The position numbers and the translations under genes are program-made. 64,000 nucleotides of DNA from Deltaproteobacteria bacterium (GTDB lineage Bacteria > Desulfobacterota > Binatia > UBA9968): assembly GCA_009692615.1 (NCBI GenBank), contig SHYW01000004.1, forward strand, positions 8,273-72,272. Reading direction: 5' to 3'. This document shows positions 25,054-34,387 of this stretch, in pieces (within the stretch, counting starts at the first letter, position 1; each line of letters opens with the position of its first letter). The notes beneath the pieces were generated by a model. It did not search any database. It saw only the letters and a program-made list of their open reading frames with translations, and was not told the DNA's origin.

Positions 25054-26160
25054 CTAAAATCCTTCCGCTAAAATCTTACCGAGATTTTCCGGTGCAACGT
25101 TGGCCAAGCCCATCTTTCCCAACGTCAAACCTTCCGTGCGAAAATCGATGCCCAGCGCCGTCGACGCCAGCGTGATCAGCGCATCCATCACCGGAGTCGC
25201 AACGCCGAGCAGTGTGCCGATCGCCGCCATCGGCACCAGACCATAACCTACATCCTCACGAATGTAGCGGTGATCGAGTGCCGGCGGTGACTTGATCGTG
25301 AAATTCGCTTCGCTGTTGTGAATCGCCTCATAAGCCGATCCCGAATCCCGCGCCGCGCTCGTGGTCAAGCCAGCCTGATGAAAAATATCGACGAAGCGTA
25401 ACGGCGGAAGGCCGAGCAACTTGGCAATCGTCAAACGCTCCCGGTCCACAGCGTCGATCCACGCACCGATCGCCGGCGTGAGACCTTCGCGGTAATAGAG
25501 AAAATCTCCGCCAGTCTTTTCGATCCAGCCAGCGTTACCGAGAGTCCCCGCCGGATGCATGAGCGCATTGATATTCGACAACCCGGTTTCCAGCACGTTG
25601 GCGGCGGCAACGACATTAGGAAACACTTGCTGGATCTCGCTGACAAGCTCAGCCGAATGCTTCCCAGGAAACGCCGCGCAGCGCAAATTCGTCGTGCGCC
25701 GATAAACTTCCACGCGGCCGAATTGCGGCATGCGGCAGATATAAGTGAGCGTCACGGTCTCGCACAGCCGCACCGACGCTTTGCAGCCAAGCATACGCAA
25801 GAGATTGGCAAAATGCAGCGCGCCGCCGGTGTGGCCGGGGTTGAGCAGAATCCGCTGGCCGTCGGTGAGGTAATTGGCCAGGCCTTTCGCCAAATACTCA
25901 TGCCCCACTGCCGGCGTCGCGATGACGATCAGATCGACACCCTGCACCACCGGCGGCAAATGCGGACTCATGAAAAACGGCGCGGCCTTTTTGCTGACGC
26001 CGTTTTCAATCAGCTCGATTTCGCCAAGCTTGGCGAGTTTCGCGATCGTACTTTCCGAGCGCGCGAACAGCCGCACTTCGAAACCACGCAGCGTCAGGTC
26101 GGCAGCCGCGGCACAACCGCCGTTGCCTGCGCCCAGAATCGCGATTTTCTTGATGGTCAT
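25054..26160 (-). CDS. NAD(P)-dependent octopine/nopaline (opine) dehydrogenase-family protein
   Basis: ATG at 26160 within track ORF 25054-26631. The upstream part crosses a REP. It has MTIKKIAILGAGNGGCAAAADLTLRGFEV (Rossmann) and NINALMHPAGTLGNAGWIE (opine DH C-domain). Confidence 0.75.
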   Translation of the reverse strand: MTIKKIAILGAGNGGCAAAADLTLRGFEVRLFARSESTIAKLAKLGEIELIENGVSKKAAPFFMSPHLPPVVQGVDLIVIATPAVGHEYLAKGLANYLTDGQRILLNPGHTGGALHFANLLRMLGCKASVRLCETVTLTYICRMPQFGRVEVYRRTTNLRCAAFPGKHSAELVSEIQQVFPNVVAAANVLETGLSNINALMHPAGTLGNAGWIEKTGGDFLYYREGLTPAIGAWIDAVDRERLTIAKLLGLPPLRFVDIFHQAGLTTSAARDSGSAYEAIHNSEANFTIKSPPALDHRYIREDVGYGLVPMAAIGTLLGVATPVMDALITLASTALGIDFRTEGLTLGKMGLANVAPENLGKILAEGF

Positions 26161-26360
26161 GGCGATGTCTAAACCGGCGACAACTTGGAATTGTCCGCTG
26201 CGCTGGTTTTTCTTCGCGTCATAGCGGCGCAGGTCGGTATCCATCTTCCTTCGTTGCCAACGCACCACCACCCCTGGATGCCGGCCTGCGCCGGCATGAC
26301 CAATACGCGGATAACCACGCGACGTGTGCAATCCTTCATAATTTGAGACCGCGACAAGAA

Positions 26361-27515
26361 CTACGAAATCCGATAATGCTTGATCTTGTCTTCGTCCAAC
26401 TCGATGCCGAGCCCCGGCTTTGACGAAACGATCACCTCGCCGTCGGCGTATTCGAACGCTTCGGTGATGACATCGTCCGAATAATAAATCCCCGCGATGC
26501 CGCCATGGCCTTTGCCCTTGGGCGTCGACACCGGCACGACGCAGCCGTACGTTACGACGCCGGTCGACGCCGCGAGGTGAATATTCGCCGCGTTGCCGAC
26601 GCCGGTTTCCACAGAACCGTTGACATTGCACTTGAGCCCCGCCGCTTCCGCCACCGCGGCAACTTTTTTGCCTTTGAACATGCCGCCGGGTTTAGTCGTG
26701 TAGAGGGAAATCACATCGGCGGCTTTTTTCTGGATGATCTCGATCACGTCCTGCGCCGTCCAAGCGCTTTCATCCGCCATGATCGGCGTGTCGACTCGGC
26801 GCACTACTTCAGCCATCTGATCGATGCCCTCCACCGGCTGTTCCATGTAAAGCAGATTATATCTTTCCATCTCGCGAATGATTTTCACCGCGGCCTTCGC
26901 CGTCGGATAGCCTTGATTGGCGTCGACGCAAATACTTAGGTCGGGACCGATCGCCGTGCGAATCTGTCTGACTAACTCGACATCGCGTTTTTGCTCGACG
27001 CCGCCCTTGAGCTTGATCGTCTTCACGCCCTCAGCTTTAGCTTGCAACGCTTCCTCGACCGCCTTGTCAATTTCCATCAAGCCAAGACTATGAGCGATGG
27101 GAATCCGCTCGCGAAACAATCCGCCGAGCAATTGATACGCGGGGACGTTCAAGGCTTTGCCGACGACATCGTAAAGCGCCGCGTCGATGGCCGCTTTGCA
27201 ATAGGGATAGCCTTTCACCGCCTTATCCATCAGGCCGTGAATCGATTCGAATCGGCTCGGATCCTGGCCGCTCAGTGCCGGTGCGAGAATGTCGTTGATG
27301 ATATGCGCCGTGGTCTGCGGCGTCTCGCCGAAATATTTCCCATGATCGCCGCCCCAGTCTTTCAGCACCGGCGCTTCGCCGAGACCGATCAAGCCTTGGT
27401 CGGTGTAAAGTTTGATGATGACATAGACACCGATGGGCGTCGTCAAACTCGCCCACTGATGCACGCGTCGCGTCGGCAGGCGAATCGGAATAGTTTCAAT
27501 CTTGGTGATTTTCAT
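26361..27515 (-). CDS. Enolase-superfamily enzyme (mandelate racemase/muconate lactonizing family)
   Basis: 384 aa. The catalytic set is read as IKLKGG (KxK), CVDANQG, YMEQPV, IMADES. Confidence 0.85.
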   Translation of the reverse strand: MKITKIETIPIRLPTRRVHQWASLTTPIGVYVIIKLYTDQGLIGLGEAPVLKDWGGDHGKYFGETPQTTAHIINDILAPALSGQDPSRFESIHGLMDKAVKGYPYCKAAIDAALYDVVGKALNVPAYQLLGGLFRERIPIAHSLGLMEIDKAVEEALQAKAEGVKTIKLKGGVEQKRDVELVRQIRTAIGPDLSICVDANQGYPTAKAAVKIIREMERYNLLYMEQPVEGIDQMAEVVRRVDTPIMADESAWTAQDVIEIIQKKAADVISLYTTKPGGMFKGKKVAAVAEAAGLKCNVNGSVETGVGNAANIHLAASTGVVTYGCVVPVSTPKGKGHGGIAGIYYSDDVITEAFEYADGEVIVSSKPGLGIELDEDKIKHYRIS

Positions 27516-27596
27516 TTAAAGCGACAACCTCGGTAACGCATAGACATCTACTTCTGGATATCAGCACCAACAACCCACAGCGCTCTCCGAATCTTA

Positions 27597-27691
27597 CCTC
27601 CTCTCCCTTGACGGGAGAGGACAGAGGTGAGGGTGCCAGAATCTTTCAATACCCCTCACTCTAACTCTCTCCCGCAAGGGGAGAGAGAACC
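27597..27691. repeat. Paired REP hairpins (cctcctctcccttgacgggagagg...; ...ctctctcccgcaaggggagagag)
   Basis: Two short GC hairpins are separated by gtgagggtg / cctcactct, which are inverted copies of each other. The architecture matches 48643-48740, 60951-61034 and 62709-62808. Confidence 0.75.
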
Positions 27692-27721
27692 GGAATCGAT
27701 GCGCGAGCCACGGCCCGAAAA

Positions 27722-28834
27722 CTAACCCACTCTCAACAAACTATCCGTCGGCGTCACATCGGACAACAACTCGCAGCCCTTATCCGTCACGCAAAACATA
27801 TCCTTGTTCTGCATACCGAAGCGGCCGGGAATATAAACCAACGGCTCGAAGGCGCCGACCATGCCCGCTTCGACGATTTCATCGCCATATCGTCCCATGT
27901 ACGGCTCTTCATGCAAATGCAAGCCGATGCCGTGGGCGACGAAGCTGATCGGCTCAAATCCGAGCTCGCTGAACTTTGCCAAAAATTTACGGTAAACCTC
28001 CGGACAACAGGCGCCCGGCTTGATCAAATCCATGACTAAATATTTACACTCGATCAGGTTCGACCAAATCTTATACTGCTCCTCTGTCGCGTCGCCGACT
28101 ACCGCCGTACGGCACACGCCGGTCAAATAGCCGCTCTTCTGGCCGAAGATTTCCATGCGAATGATGTCGCCGTGCTTTAGCTTACGATCCGTCGGCCCGA
28201 CGTTGGGAAACTGGCTGCGCTCACCCGAGGCGATGATCATGAGTTTATAGCTCTCCGCGCCACCGCCAAACAAAGAAGTCAGCAAGGTCCCGGCCAGCTC
28301 CATCTCGCTCATGCCGACTTTCGCCGAGCGTAGCGCCGTACCCAACGCGTGATCGGTAAGTTTGCTCAGCGAGCGAAGCAGAGCCAGCTCCCCCGCCGTC
28401 TTGATCTGCCGCGCCTTATTGAAAATCCCATCGGCCGCTGACCAGTTGGTATGCGGCAAGCGTTTTTGCAGCGTCGTAAAATCCTTCGCCGGCAGAAACT
28501 CCAACTCGATGGCAACCTTGCCGCGATCTAATTTTAGATCAACCAACGCATCGGCCAGCTTATCCATCGGATCGTCGGAGAACTCCCGATAGATGCGCAA
28601 ATCGTCGATGCCGGCATGAGCCTTGACCGTGGTCGCCTCCATATCGATAGCAACCATAGAAATTTTTCCGTCCGCTGTCACAATACAAGCCGCATGGCGC
28701 CAGCGCATGAGCGACTGCGACGGCACCACGAAACCGGAAACGTAGGTTACGTTTTCTGGCGAAATCGCGACGATGGCGTCTAAACCTCCGGCGACGATTC
28801 GTTTCCTTAAGCGCGCGACAATTTCTTGATCCAT
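27722..28834 (-). CDS. M24-family metallopeptidase (Xaa-Pro peptidase/creatinase-like)
   Basis: 370 aa with a creatinase-like N-domain and a pita-bread domain (GDIIRMEIFG, HGIGLHLHEEPYM, GMVGAFEP). Confidence 0.8.
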   Translation of the reverse strand: MDQEIVARLRKRIVAGGLDAIVAISPENVTYVSGFVVPSQSLMRWRHAACIVTADGKISMVAIDMEATTVKAHAGIDDLRIYREFSDDPMDKLADALVDLKLDRGKVAIELEFLPAKDFTTLQKRLPHTNWSAADGIFNKARQIKTAGELALLRSLSKLTDHALGTALRSAKVGMSEMELAGTLLTSLFGGGAESYKLMIIASGERSQFPNVGPTDRKLKHGDIIRMEIFGQKSGYLTGVCRTAVVGDATEEQYKIWSNLIECKYLVMDLIKPGACCPEVYRKFLAKFSELGFEPISFVAHGIGLHLHEEPYMGRYGDEIVEAGMVGAFEPLVYIPGRFGMQNKDMFCVTDKGCELLSDVTPTDSLLRVG

Positions 28835-28910
28835 ATTGAATGGAAGCGAGAATATCGGCTGCTGCTCGGGGGGTCAAGCGAAACCGACTTGATAGCAATT
28901 GGAGCTTCGA

Positions 28911-29417
28911 TTAATGCGACTGCTCGCCCGCGGTATTTTTCTTCAAACTAAACTCTATCGGCTGCGTGCCACGATCATCCTGCACACGCATGTGAACTTG
29001 GCTATCTGCCAACTTACCCCAGGGATAGGTTTTATGTTCGCGATTAACATTTTCCGCGACTTCGACGTAGCGGATAAAAAGAGAAACAGCTGCGCCATTT
29101 ATCCGCCCTTCCTCCATGCCGTGCTTCAGGCCTAAATAACTCGCCGTGCCGAGGAGTGTTTCCCCTTCGGGTTGAAACATAAACCGCTCGGCATGTTTGC
29201 CGCGACCAGGATAATTCACCTCGCCTTGCCAAGATCCCGTGAGTTTCTGAGTCATCTGTGCGCTTACGACTACCGATTTGGCTAGACTGTCATTCTTTAC
29301 TTCCTGCCGCGACTGCCACCATGCGGCGAACGTCACCAACGCGATGATCAACGGCGCTTTCCAGATCAACCGCCGCATCAGTTTTTTGCGTAATTCTATT
29401 TGCTCGTTGCTAAGCAT
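28911..29417 (-). CDS. Membrane-anchored hypothetical protein
   Basis: 168 aa with a single N-terminal TM (LIWKAPLIIALVTFAAWW). I recognise no family motif. Confidence 0.5.
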   Translation of the reverse strand: MLSNEQIELRKKLMRRLIWKAPLIIALVTFAAWWQSRQEVKNDSLAKSVVVSAQMTQKLTGSWQGEVNYPGRGKHAERFMFQPEGETLLGTASYLGLKHGMEEGRINGAAVSLFIRYVEVAENVNREHKTYPWGKLADSQVHMRVQDDRGTQPIEFSLKKNTAGEQSH

Positions 29418-29433
29418 GATGGGTCAACAATGT

Positions 29434-30050
29434 TCACGCCCAATACGTCGTCCGGTCAACGGGAATATGCTGCAACACTTCGCCCGGCACGAAATCTTCC
29501 AAGCGAATGCGCGTCAGCGCTTCGTCGGGACATTTTGACACCGGCGATAACGGTCGATCTAATGGCTTCGTCGCATCGACGATCATCGCCGAAGTTTTGC
29601 GCGGGTCGACCATCGATGGATCGATCAAGCTACCGCGCATGATTTGCTTGATGATCGACACTTGCAGATGCGGTTGGACGCGAGTCGCCAGAGCCCAAAG
29701 AATTTCCGTCGGATTGTAAACGTCGATGTCTTCGTCGAAGACAAAAACACTCTTGCACCAATCCCAGGTCAGCACCGCGGCCGCGGCCCGGCCTGGATCG
29801 CCTTCGGAAAGTTTTTTCATCGAGATGAAAACGTTCAACAGCGCGTGGCGGCCGCTGGTGCAGACGGTTTCGACATTGGGCACAGCCTCCCGGGCGCGGC
29901 GCAAGTAGGCGCCTTCGGGCGCCAGGTCCATCCACGGTTTGTCACCTTCCGGTGTGAGTATCGAAGTGTGCTGCGCGTCGCACGCAGCCGCTTGGCGCAA
30001 ATGGATAGCGAAGGTCGCGGCGATGGGACACCGGACAAAGCGCTTGCACT
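29434..30050 (-). pseudogene. 5'-truncated UbiD-family decarboxylase remnant (C-terminal ~200 aa only)
   Basis: Within track ORF 29434-30198. FVFDEDIDVYNPTEILWALATRVQP and IDPSM align to VTIVDDDIDVFDPIDVEWAVATRVQA / LDPSL of the intact UbiD at 12754-14325. The N-terminal two-thirds is missing. Confidence 0.7.
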
Positions 30051-30089
30051 TCAACGGGACCTTGCCGACCAAAGTGACGTAAGAGGCCG

Positions 30090-30357
30090 ACAGCCACTGG
30101 CTAATCGTCTTTATGCAGGCACCGGAGTCGAAAAGAATCCTGCCGAAGCGGTTCGTTGGTATCGCGCCGCGGCTGAACAAGGAAATGCAAACGCGCACTT
30201 GACTGTAGGTCTAAGATTGGTCGACGGTATCGGCGCACCGAAAGACGAGAAGCAGGGAGTTGGCTGGTATCGCCGTGCAGCGGAACAGGAACATCCGCAA
30301 GCTCGATTCAGTATGGCGTGGCCCCTCGGAGCTGGGCAAGGCGCACTTAAAGTATAG
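30090..30357 (+). pseudogene. 5'-truncated Sel1-like repeat (SLR/TPR-like) protein remnant
   Basis: This is the last ~90 aa of track ORF 29644-30357: LYAGTGVEKNPAEAVRWYRAAAEQGNANAH..DGIGAPKDEKQGVGWYRRAAEQEHPQA. The upstream part of that ORF is only the antisense shadow of the UbiD remnant. Confidence 0.6.
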
Positions 30358-30492
30358 ACTTATACAAATAACCTAGAAGTCGAGATCTTTCGACTAAAGC
30401 CTGAGGATGACATCAACTACAGTCCCTACTGAGCGATGAGAAATTTTCCGCTATTCAATTCTCGCCAAGATTCGGTATCATTACCAGTCAAG

Positions 30493-31164
30493 ATGATCAG
30501 CACAGTTATTTTCGATCTCGATGGGCTCCTTGCCGACACCGAACCGCTCCATTGCCGAGCTTACCAGTTGGCGATGGTTGAGCACGGCGTCACGGTTAGC
30601 GACGATGACTACGCCGACCATTGGGTCAAGCATGGCTACGGTATCGTCGACTGGGTCAACTGGCACAAACTCGAACTCGATCCCCACGCTCTGCGTCAAC
30701 GCAAGTCGGAGCATTATCTAAAGCTGCTCGAAACCTCATTGCAGCCCATGGACGGCGCGCTTGAATTACTCGCCGGCTTAACCGGCAAAATCCGCATCGC
30801 CCTCGCTTCCTCATCCTATCGCGACGCCATCGACGGCGTCCTCGCCGGTCTGAAGATCGCGCACTACTTCGAGGCCGTCGTCAGCGGCCAAGATGTCGCC
30901 AAGGTCAAACCGGCGCCGGATATTTTTTTACAAACGGCCGAGCGCTTGGCCGTCACGCCGTCAGAATGCGTGGTGCTCGAAGACGCCGAGAAAGGCGTCG
31001 TCGCCGCGCGGCTCGCCGGCATGGCTTGCGTCGCGGTGCCAAATCCATGGACGCGCCACCACGACTTTTCCCAAGCTACACGAGTTTGCGGCTCCCTGAG
31101 AGAAATCGATTTGACTTTCTTGCGCGGCTTAGCGCCAGCGATAAACGAGAGACATTTGCCATGA
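30493..31164 (+). CDS. HAD-superfamily hydrolase (beta-phosphoglucomutase-like subfamily IA)
   Basis: ATG at 30493 (MISTVIFDLDGLLADTEPLH). Downstream are ALASSS and KVKPAPDIF..VVLEDAEKGVVAA. Confidence 0.8.
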   Translation: MISTVIFDLDGLLADTEPLHCRAYQLAMVEHGVTVSDDDYADHWVKHGYGIVDWVNWHKLELDPHALRQRKSEHYLKLLETSLQPMDGALELLAGLTGKIRIALASSSYRDAIDGVLAGLKIAHYFEAVVSGQDVAKVKPAPDIFLQTAERLAVTPSECVVLEDAEKGVVAARLAGMACVAVPNPWTRHHDFSQATRVCGSLREIDLTFLRGLAPAINERHLP

Positions 31165-31856
31165 CCGCATGGCTCGATCGGTATTACGGCTTCATTCTAG
31201 TCTTGGCGGTGCCCGCGCCATTGTGGTTCAGCGTCGCCCAAAACCCCGCGGACCTGCGTCTCGCCGCGCTCCACGATGCACTCATCTGGTGCGCTATTTT
31301 ACTGATCGGTTGGTTGATCGTCAGAAAACTACCGCGCTACCAAGTCCGCGGCGCATGGCGCCAACCGACGACGCAGGAATCCCGCCGTTATCTAAGATGG
31401 CTACTCGCCGTCTTGGTGATCGACTTCAGCTCCAAAGCGCTATTTTTCCGCTGGGACAACGCGCAGCGAATCGAGATCTTCAAAGACTTCGGCATCTACT
31501 CGATGTTTCACGTCACGCCGTTTGAATCCTTTCACGTCTACCTACTGCTCTATTTCGCTTATCTGTTTTTACTCGGACCCTGGTATTTTCGTTTCACCAA
31601 ACCGGTCCATGACCGCATCTGGGTGGCATCCAGCGCCACCGCCATGGGCGGCGTCATCGCCCTCACCGGCGAGCGCTGGCTCTTCGGCGGCGTCCACGAC
31701 TCGTTTTATTTCGCCGGACGATCCTTACTTTATGTCTGGACGCCGGCGGATTTTTTCGTTCATGCCAGGGTCTTACCGTTCATCGTTTTGCTCGCCTCAT
31801 ACGCCGGCCGGCACAGCGCTGAAACCAACCGTCTCTTGCAGGACCCTGCGCCGTGA
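31161..31856 (+). CDS. Integral membrane protein, unknown function
   Basis: ATG at 31161, with an ATGA overlap onto the HAD stop, within track ORF 30966-31856. 231 aa with about 6 TM segments. Confidence 0.55.
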   Translation: MTAWLDRYYGFILVLAVPAPLWFSVAQNPADLRLAALHDALIWCAILLIGWLIVRKLPRYQVRGAWRQPTTQESRRYLRWLLAVLVIDFSSKALFFRWDNAQRIEIFKDFGIYSMFHVTPFESFHVYLLLYFAYLFLLGPWYFRFTKPVHDRIWVASSATAMGGVIALTGERWLFGGVHDSFYFAGRSLLYVWTPADFFVHARVLPFIVLLASYAGRHSAETNRLLQDPAP

Positions 31857-31902
31857 CGTAACTTGGCAAGTGAAAATTCATTAGTCCAAGGAGCATTTCA
31901 TC

Positions 31903-32904
31903 ATGGCCTCAGCTGAATTGATCGTCGATGTGCACCACCACTACATGCCGGCGCAATTGTTCGATCGCCTGGCCGCCCAAGCCGGCGGTAAACGCATCGT
32001 CACCAAAGAAATTAGTCTAACCCTGCACCCGTCGCGCAAAGATCTCGACGCTCATATCAAAGCGATGGACGAAGCGGGCGTCACGGTCTCGATCCTCACG
32101 GACCAGGTCCAAGTCATGGGCGCGGATGTGGCTCGGGCGCTCAACGACGGTGTCGCCGAGGTGGAGAAGAAACATCCAAGCCGTTTTCGCAGCGCCATCC
32201 ACATGGCGATCCACGAGCCGGAAAGCGCCAAGCGCGAGCTCGAACGGGGTATCCACGAGCTCGGCTTGCGCTCCGTCGCCCTGCTCGCCTGCCACCTCGA
32301 CGTCCAGCTCGACAACCCGATCATGTTCCCGCTTTACGAGATCATTCAAAAAAACAATTTGCCGATCATCATCCATCCGCAGTCGAAACCCACGGGTTCG
32401 GAAACCACCTACAGTCTCGACCGCTGCGTGTTTCGCCCGCTGGAAACCACTCAAGCGATCGTGCGCATCATGAACGCCGTGCTGCCGCGCTTCCCCGAGC
32501 TGCGTTTCATCATTCCCCATCTCGGCGGCGCCGCGTCGTCGCTCAAAGGGCGCATGATGGCGTTTTTCGAAACCGACGACGCGCCGATTCCGGCGGAGAT
32601 GCGCGGCTATTTGAAAACTCAAAACGAACAGATAAAATTCGGCGTCACCGAACGGTTTGAAAATCTATTTCAACGGCTCTACTTCGACACCGCCGGCACC
32701 GGCGCCTGGGCGCCGTCCATGGCCGCGGCATTGAATATCACGACAGCCGACCGCATCATGTTCGGCAGCGACTATCCGTTGGAATGTAAAAGCGCCGCGA
32801 ACATCATCGAGTCCATCGACATGGTGCGCCAAGCGCCCTGCTCCACAGCCAACAAGTCGAACATCCTCGGCAACACCGCGGCGGGAGTTTTCAACTTACA
32901 ATAA
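31903..32904 (+). CDS. Amidohydrolase_2 family protein (ACMSD-like metal-dependent hydrolase/decarboxylase)
   Basis: 333 aa. It has the IVDVHHHYMP N-terminal metal motif, LPIIIHP, and FGSDYP near the C-terminus. Confidence 0.75.
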   Translation: MASAELIVDVHHHYMPAQLFDRLAAQAGGKRIVTKEISLTLHPSRKDLDAHIKAMDEAGVTVSILTDQVQVMGADVARALNDGVAEVEKKHPSRFRSAIHMAIHEPESAKRELERGIHELGLRSVALLACHLDVQLDNPIMFPLYEIIQKNNLPIIIHPQSKPTGSETTYSLDRCVFRPLETTQAIVRIMNAVLPRFPELRFIIPHLGGAASSLKGRMMAFFETDDAPIPAEMRGYLKTQNEQIKFGVTERFENLFQRLYFDTAGTGAWAPSMAAALNITTADRIMFGSDYPLECKSAANIIESIDMVRQAPCSTANKSNILGNTAAGVFNLQ

Positions 32905-32908
32905 GCCA

Positions 32909-33484
32909 ATGAAGAAGCTGCCTTCACTGCCGACCGCAGTATTGCTGCTGTCCGTCCTATTCCCCGCGACGGCATTGGCGGCGGAAGCGCCGGTGACGAA
33001 GCGCGCCGAGTTGGAACGCATTGAGCGCGCCCTCGGCGCCGATGTGCCGAAAGTGCTTTGCTTGGACGACAGTTTCACCACCGGCGCTCAGCCCACCGCC
33101 GAAGCCTATGGCAAGGCCGCCGCCAACGGCTTTCGCGCCGTGCTGAGCCTGCGCACCAATAGTGAAGGCATCGATCTCGTGCTCGAACGCGCCAGAGTCG
33201 AGAGCCAGCGCCTGCGCTATTTCAATATTCCGGTAAACGGCTCAGCGCCGCGGCCCGAACAGGCCGACGAATTTCTACGCATCGCGCGGGACAAAAGCAA
33301 TCATCCGATGCTGGTCAATTGCGCCAGCGCCAATCGCGTCGGCGCCTTCATGATGATCCTGCGAGTGGTCGATCAAAAATGGAGCGAGGGGAAAGCTCTG
33401 GAGGAAGCGATCAAAATCGGTCTCGCTAGCGAGGTTTTGCAGAAATTCGCCAAGGACTACATCGCGCTCCACAAAGCTCAGTGA
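32909..33484 (+). CDS. Secreted DUF442/TIGR01244-like phosphatase-fold protein
   Basis: It has the signal peptide LPTAVLLLSVLFPATALA. GFRAVLSLRTNSEG..YFNIPV and a Cys-loop, VNCASANRVGA (CX4R as in HCRSGTRS-type proteins), are present. Confidence 0.6.
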   Translation: MKKLPSLPTAVLLLSVLFPATALAAEAPVTKRAELERIERALGADVPKVLCLDDSFTTGAQPTAEAYGKAAANGFRAVLSLRTNSEGIDLVLERARVESQRLRYFNIPVNGSAPRPEQADEFLRIARDKSNHPMLVNCASANRVGAFMMILRVVDQKWSEGKALEEAIKIGLASEVLQKFAKDYIALHKAQ

Positions 33485-33501
33485 ATTGCGTGGTCTTTAG
33501 C

Positions 33502-34089
33502 ATGACGAAACGAAAAACACGGAACACGATCAAAGCTCTGCTCGCCTGGAGCGTGATTCTCTCGTGGCAAAGCGCAATCGCAGCCGAAACGCCGCGCCAA
33601 AGCCAGCGCCCCGCGACCGATGAATTTGACTCTCTGATCAAAGCCGCGGCGCCGATCGTGTTATGTATCGACGACAAGCCCTCAAGCGGCGGGCAGCCAT
33701 CCGGCGACGCCTATGCCAACGCTGCGGCCAACGGCTTTCGCGCGGTGCTGACGCTGCGCGCGCGCCAGGATGGTGTCGATACCTTGCGCGAGCGTTTCAT
33801 GGTCGAGCAAAATCAGCTGCGCTACTTCAATCTGCCGTTTCTGGATCATCTCCCAACCCACGAGCAAATCGATGAGTTCCTACGACTGGTGCGCGATAAA
33901 CGCAACCAACCGATGTTGGTCAACTGCGCGTTCGCCGAACGGGTCGCGCCCTACATGATGATCTTCCACGTCGTCGAGCAAGGCTGGAGCGAGACCAAAG
34001 CTGCCGATGAAGCGAGCCATGCCGGTCAGCGCCGGGCCGAACTGCAAAAATTCCTGCGCGCTTACCTCAAACCGCGCGGCACGAAATAG
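33502..34089 (+). CDS. Secreted DUF442/TIGR01244-like phosphatase-fold protein (tandem paralog)
   Basis: ATG at 33502 within track ORF 33481-34089. GFRAVLTLRARQDG..YFNLPF..VNCAFAERVAP runs parallel to the upstream paralog. Confidence 0.6.
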   Translation: MTKRKTRNTIKALLAWSVILSWQSAIAAETPRQSQRPATDEFDSLIKAAAPIVLCIDDKPSSGGQPSGDAYANAAANGFRAVLTLRARQDGVDTLRERFMVEQNQLRYFNLPFLDHLPTHEQIDEFLRLVRDKRNQPMLVNCAFAERVAPYMMIFHVVEQGWSETKAADEASHAGQRRAELQKFLRAYLKPRGTK

Positions 34090-34387
34090 AGGCGGGACCG
34101 GCTGTGGCAGCGCGTCGATCTGCCGCCACCGTCATCAAAACCGCTAAAGAACAGATTACAACCAGAGATCATCGGCGCTGCATCAAATTTCTTTAATCCA
34201 CCTAGCGCGGCACAAAACCCGCGCAACAATTCGCGCTACGGTGTGACAATTCCCGTTATTCACAGCCACGCCGCTGACATCGCCTTCTTACCTCAACTGT
34301 GCTCCGACGTAATCGATTTCCCGCGGCGGAAGTGGCATCTGCTTTGCTCAAAGCAGGAGTAGAATAACAAACCCCCAAGGAGGCAAA

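Noticed and set aside
24108-25175. 355 aa plus-strand ORF across the LLM oxidoreductase and opine dehydrogenase genes
   Set aside because: It is antisense to two well-supported genes and even spans their intergenic gap. It is Arg/His/Asp-rich with no motifs, which is typical of a GC-driven open frame.
25054-26631. 525 aa version of the opine dehydrogenase ORF
   Set aside because: The extra 157 N-terminal residues are Arg-rich junk that reads through a REP palindrome (26265-26300). The Rossmann GAGNGG motif follows the internal ATG at 26160. The same trimming logic was applied to 15513, 16400, 21706, 22884, 30966, 40638, 56844 and 59958.
29644-30357. 237 aa plus-strand ORF treated as one gene
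   Set aside because: Only the last ~90 residues show Sel1-repeat character. The first ~150 are the antisense shadow of the UbiD remnant. I split it and report it as a junction of two pseudogenes instead.
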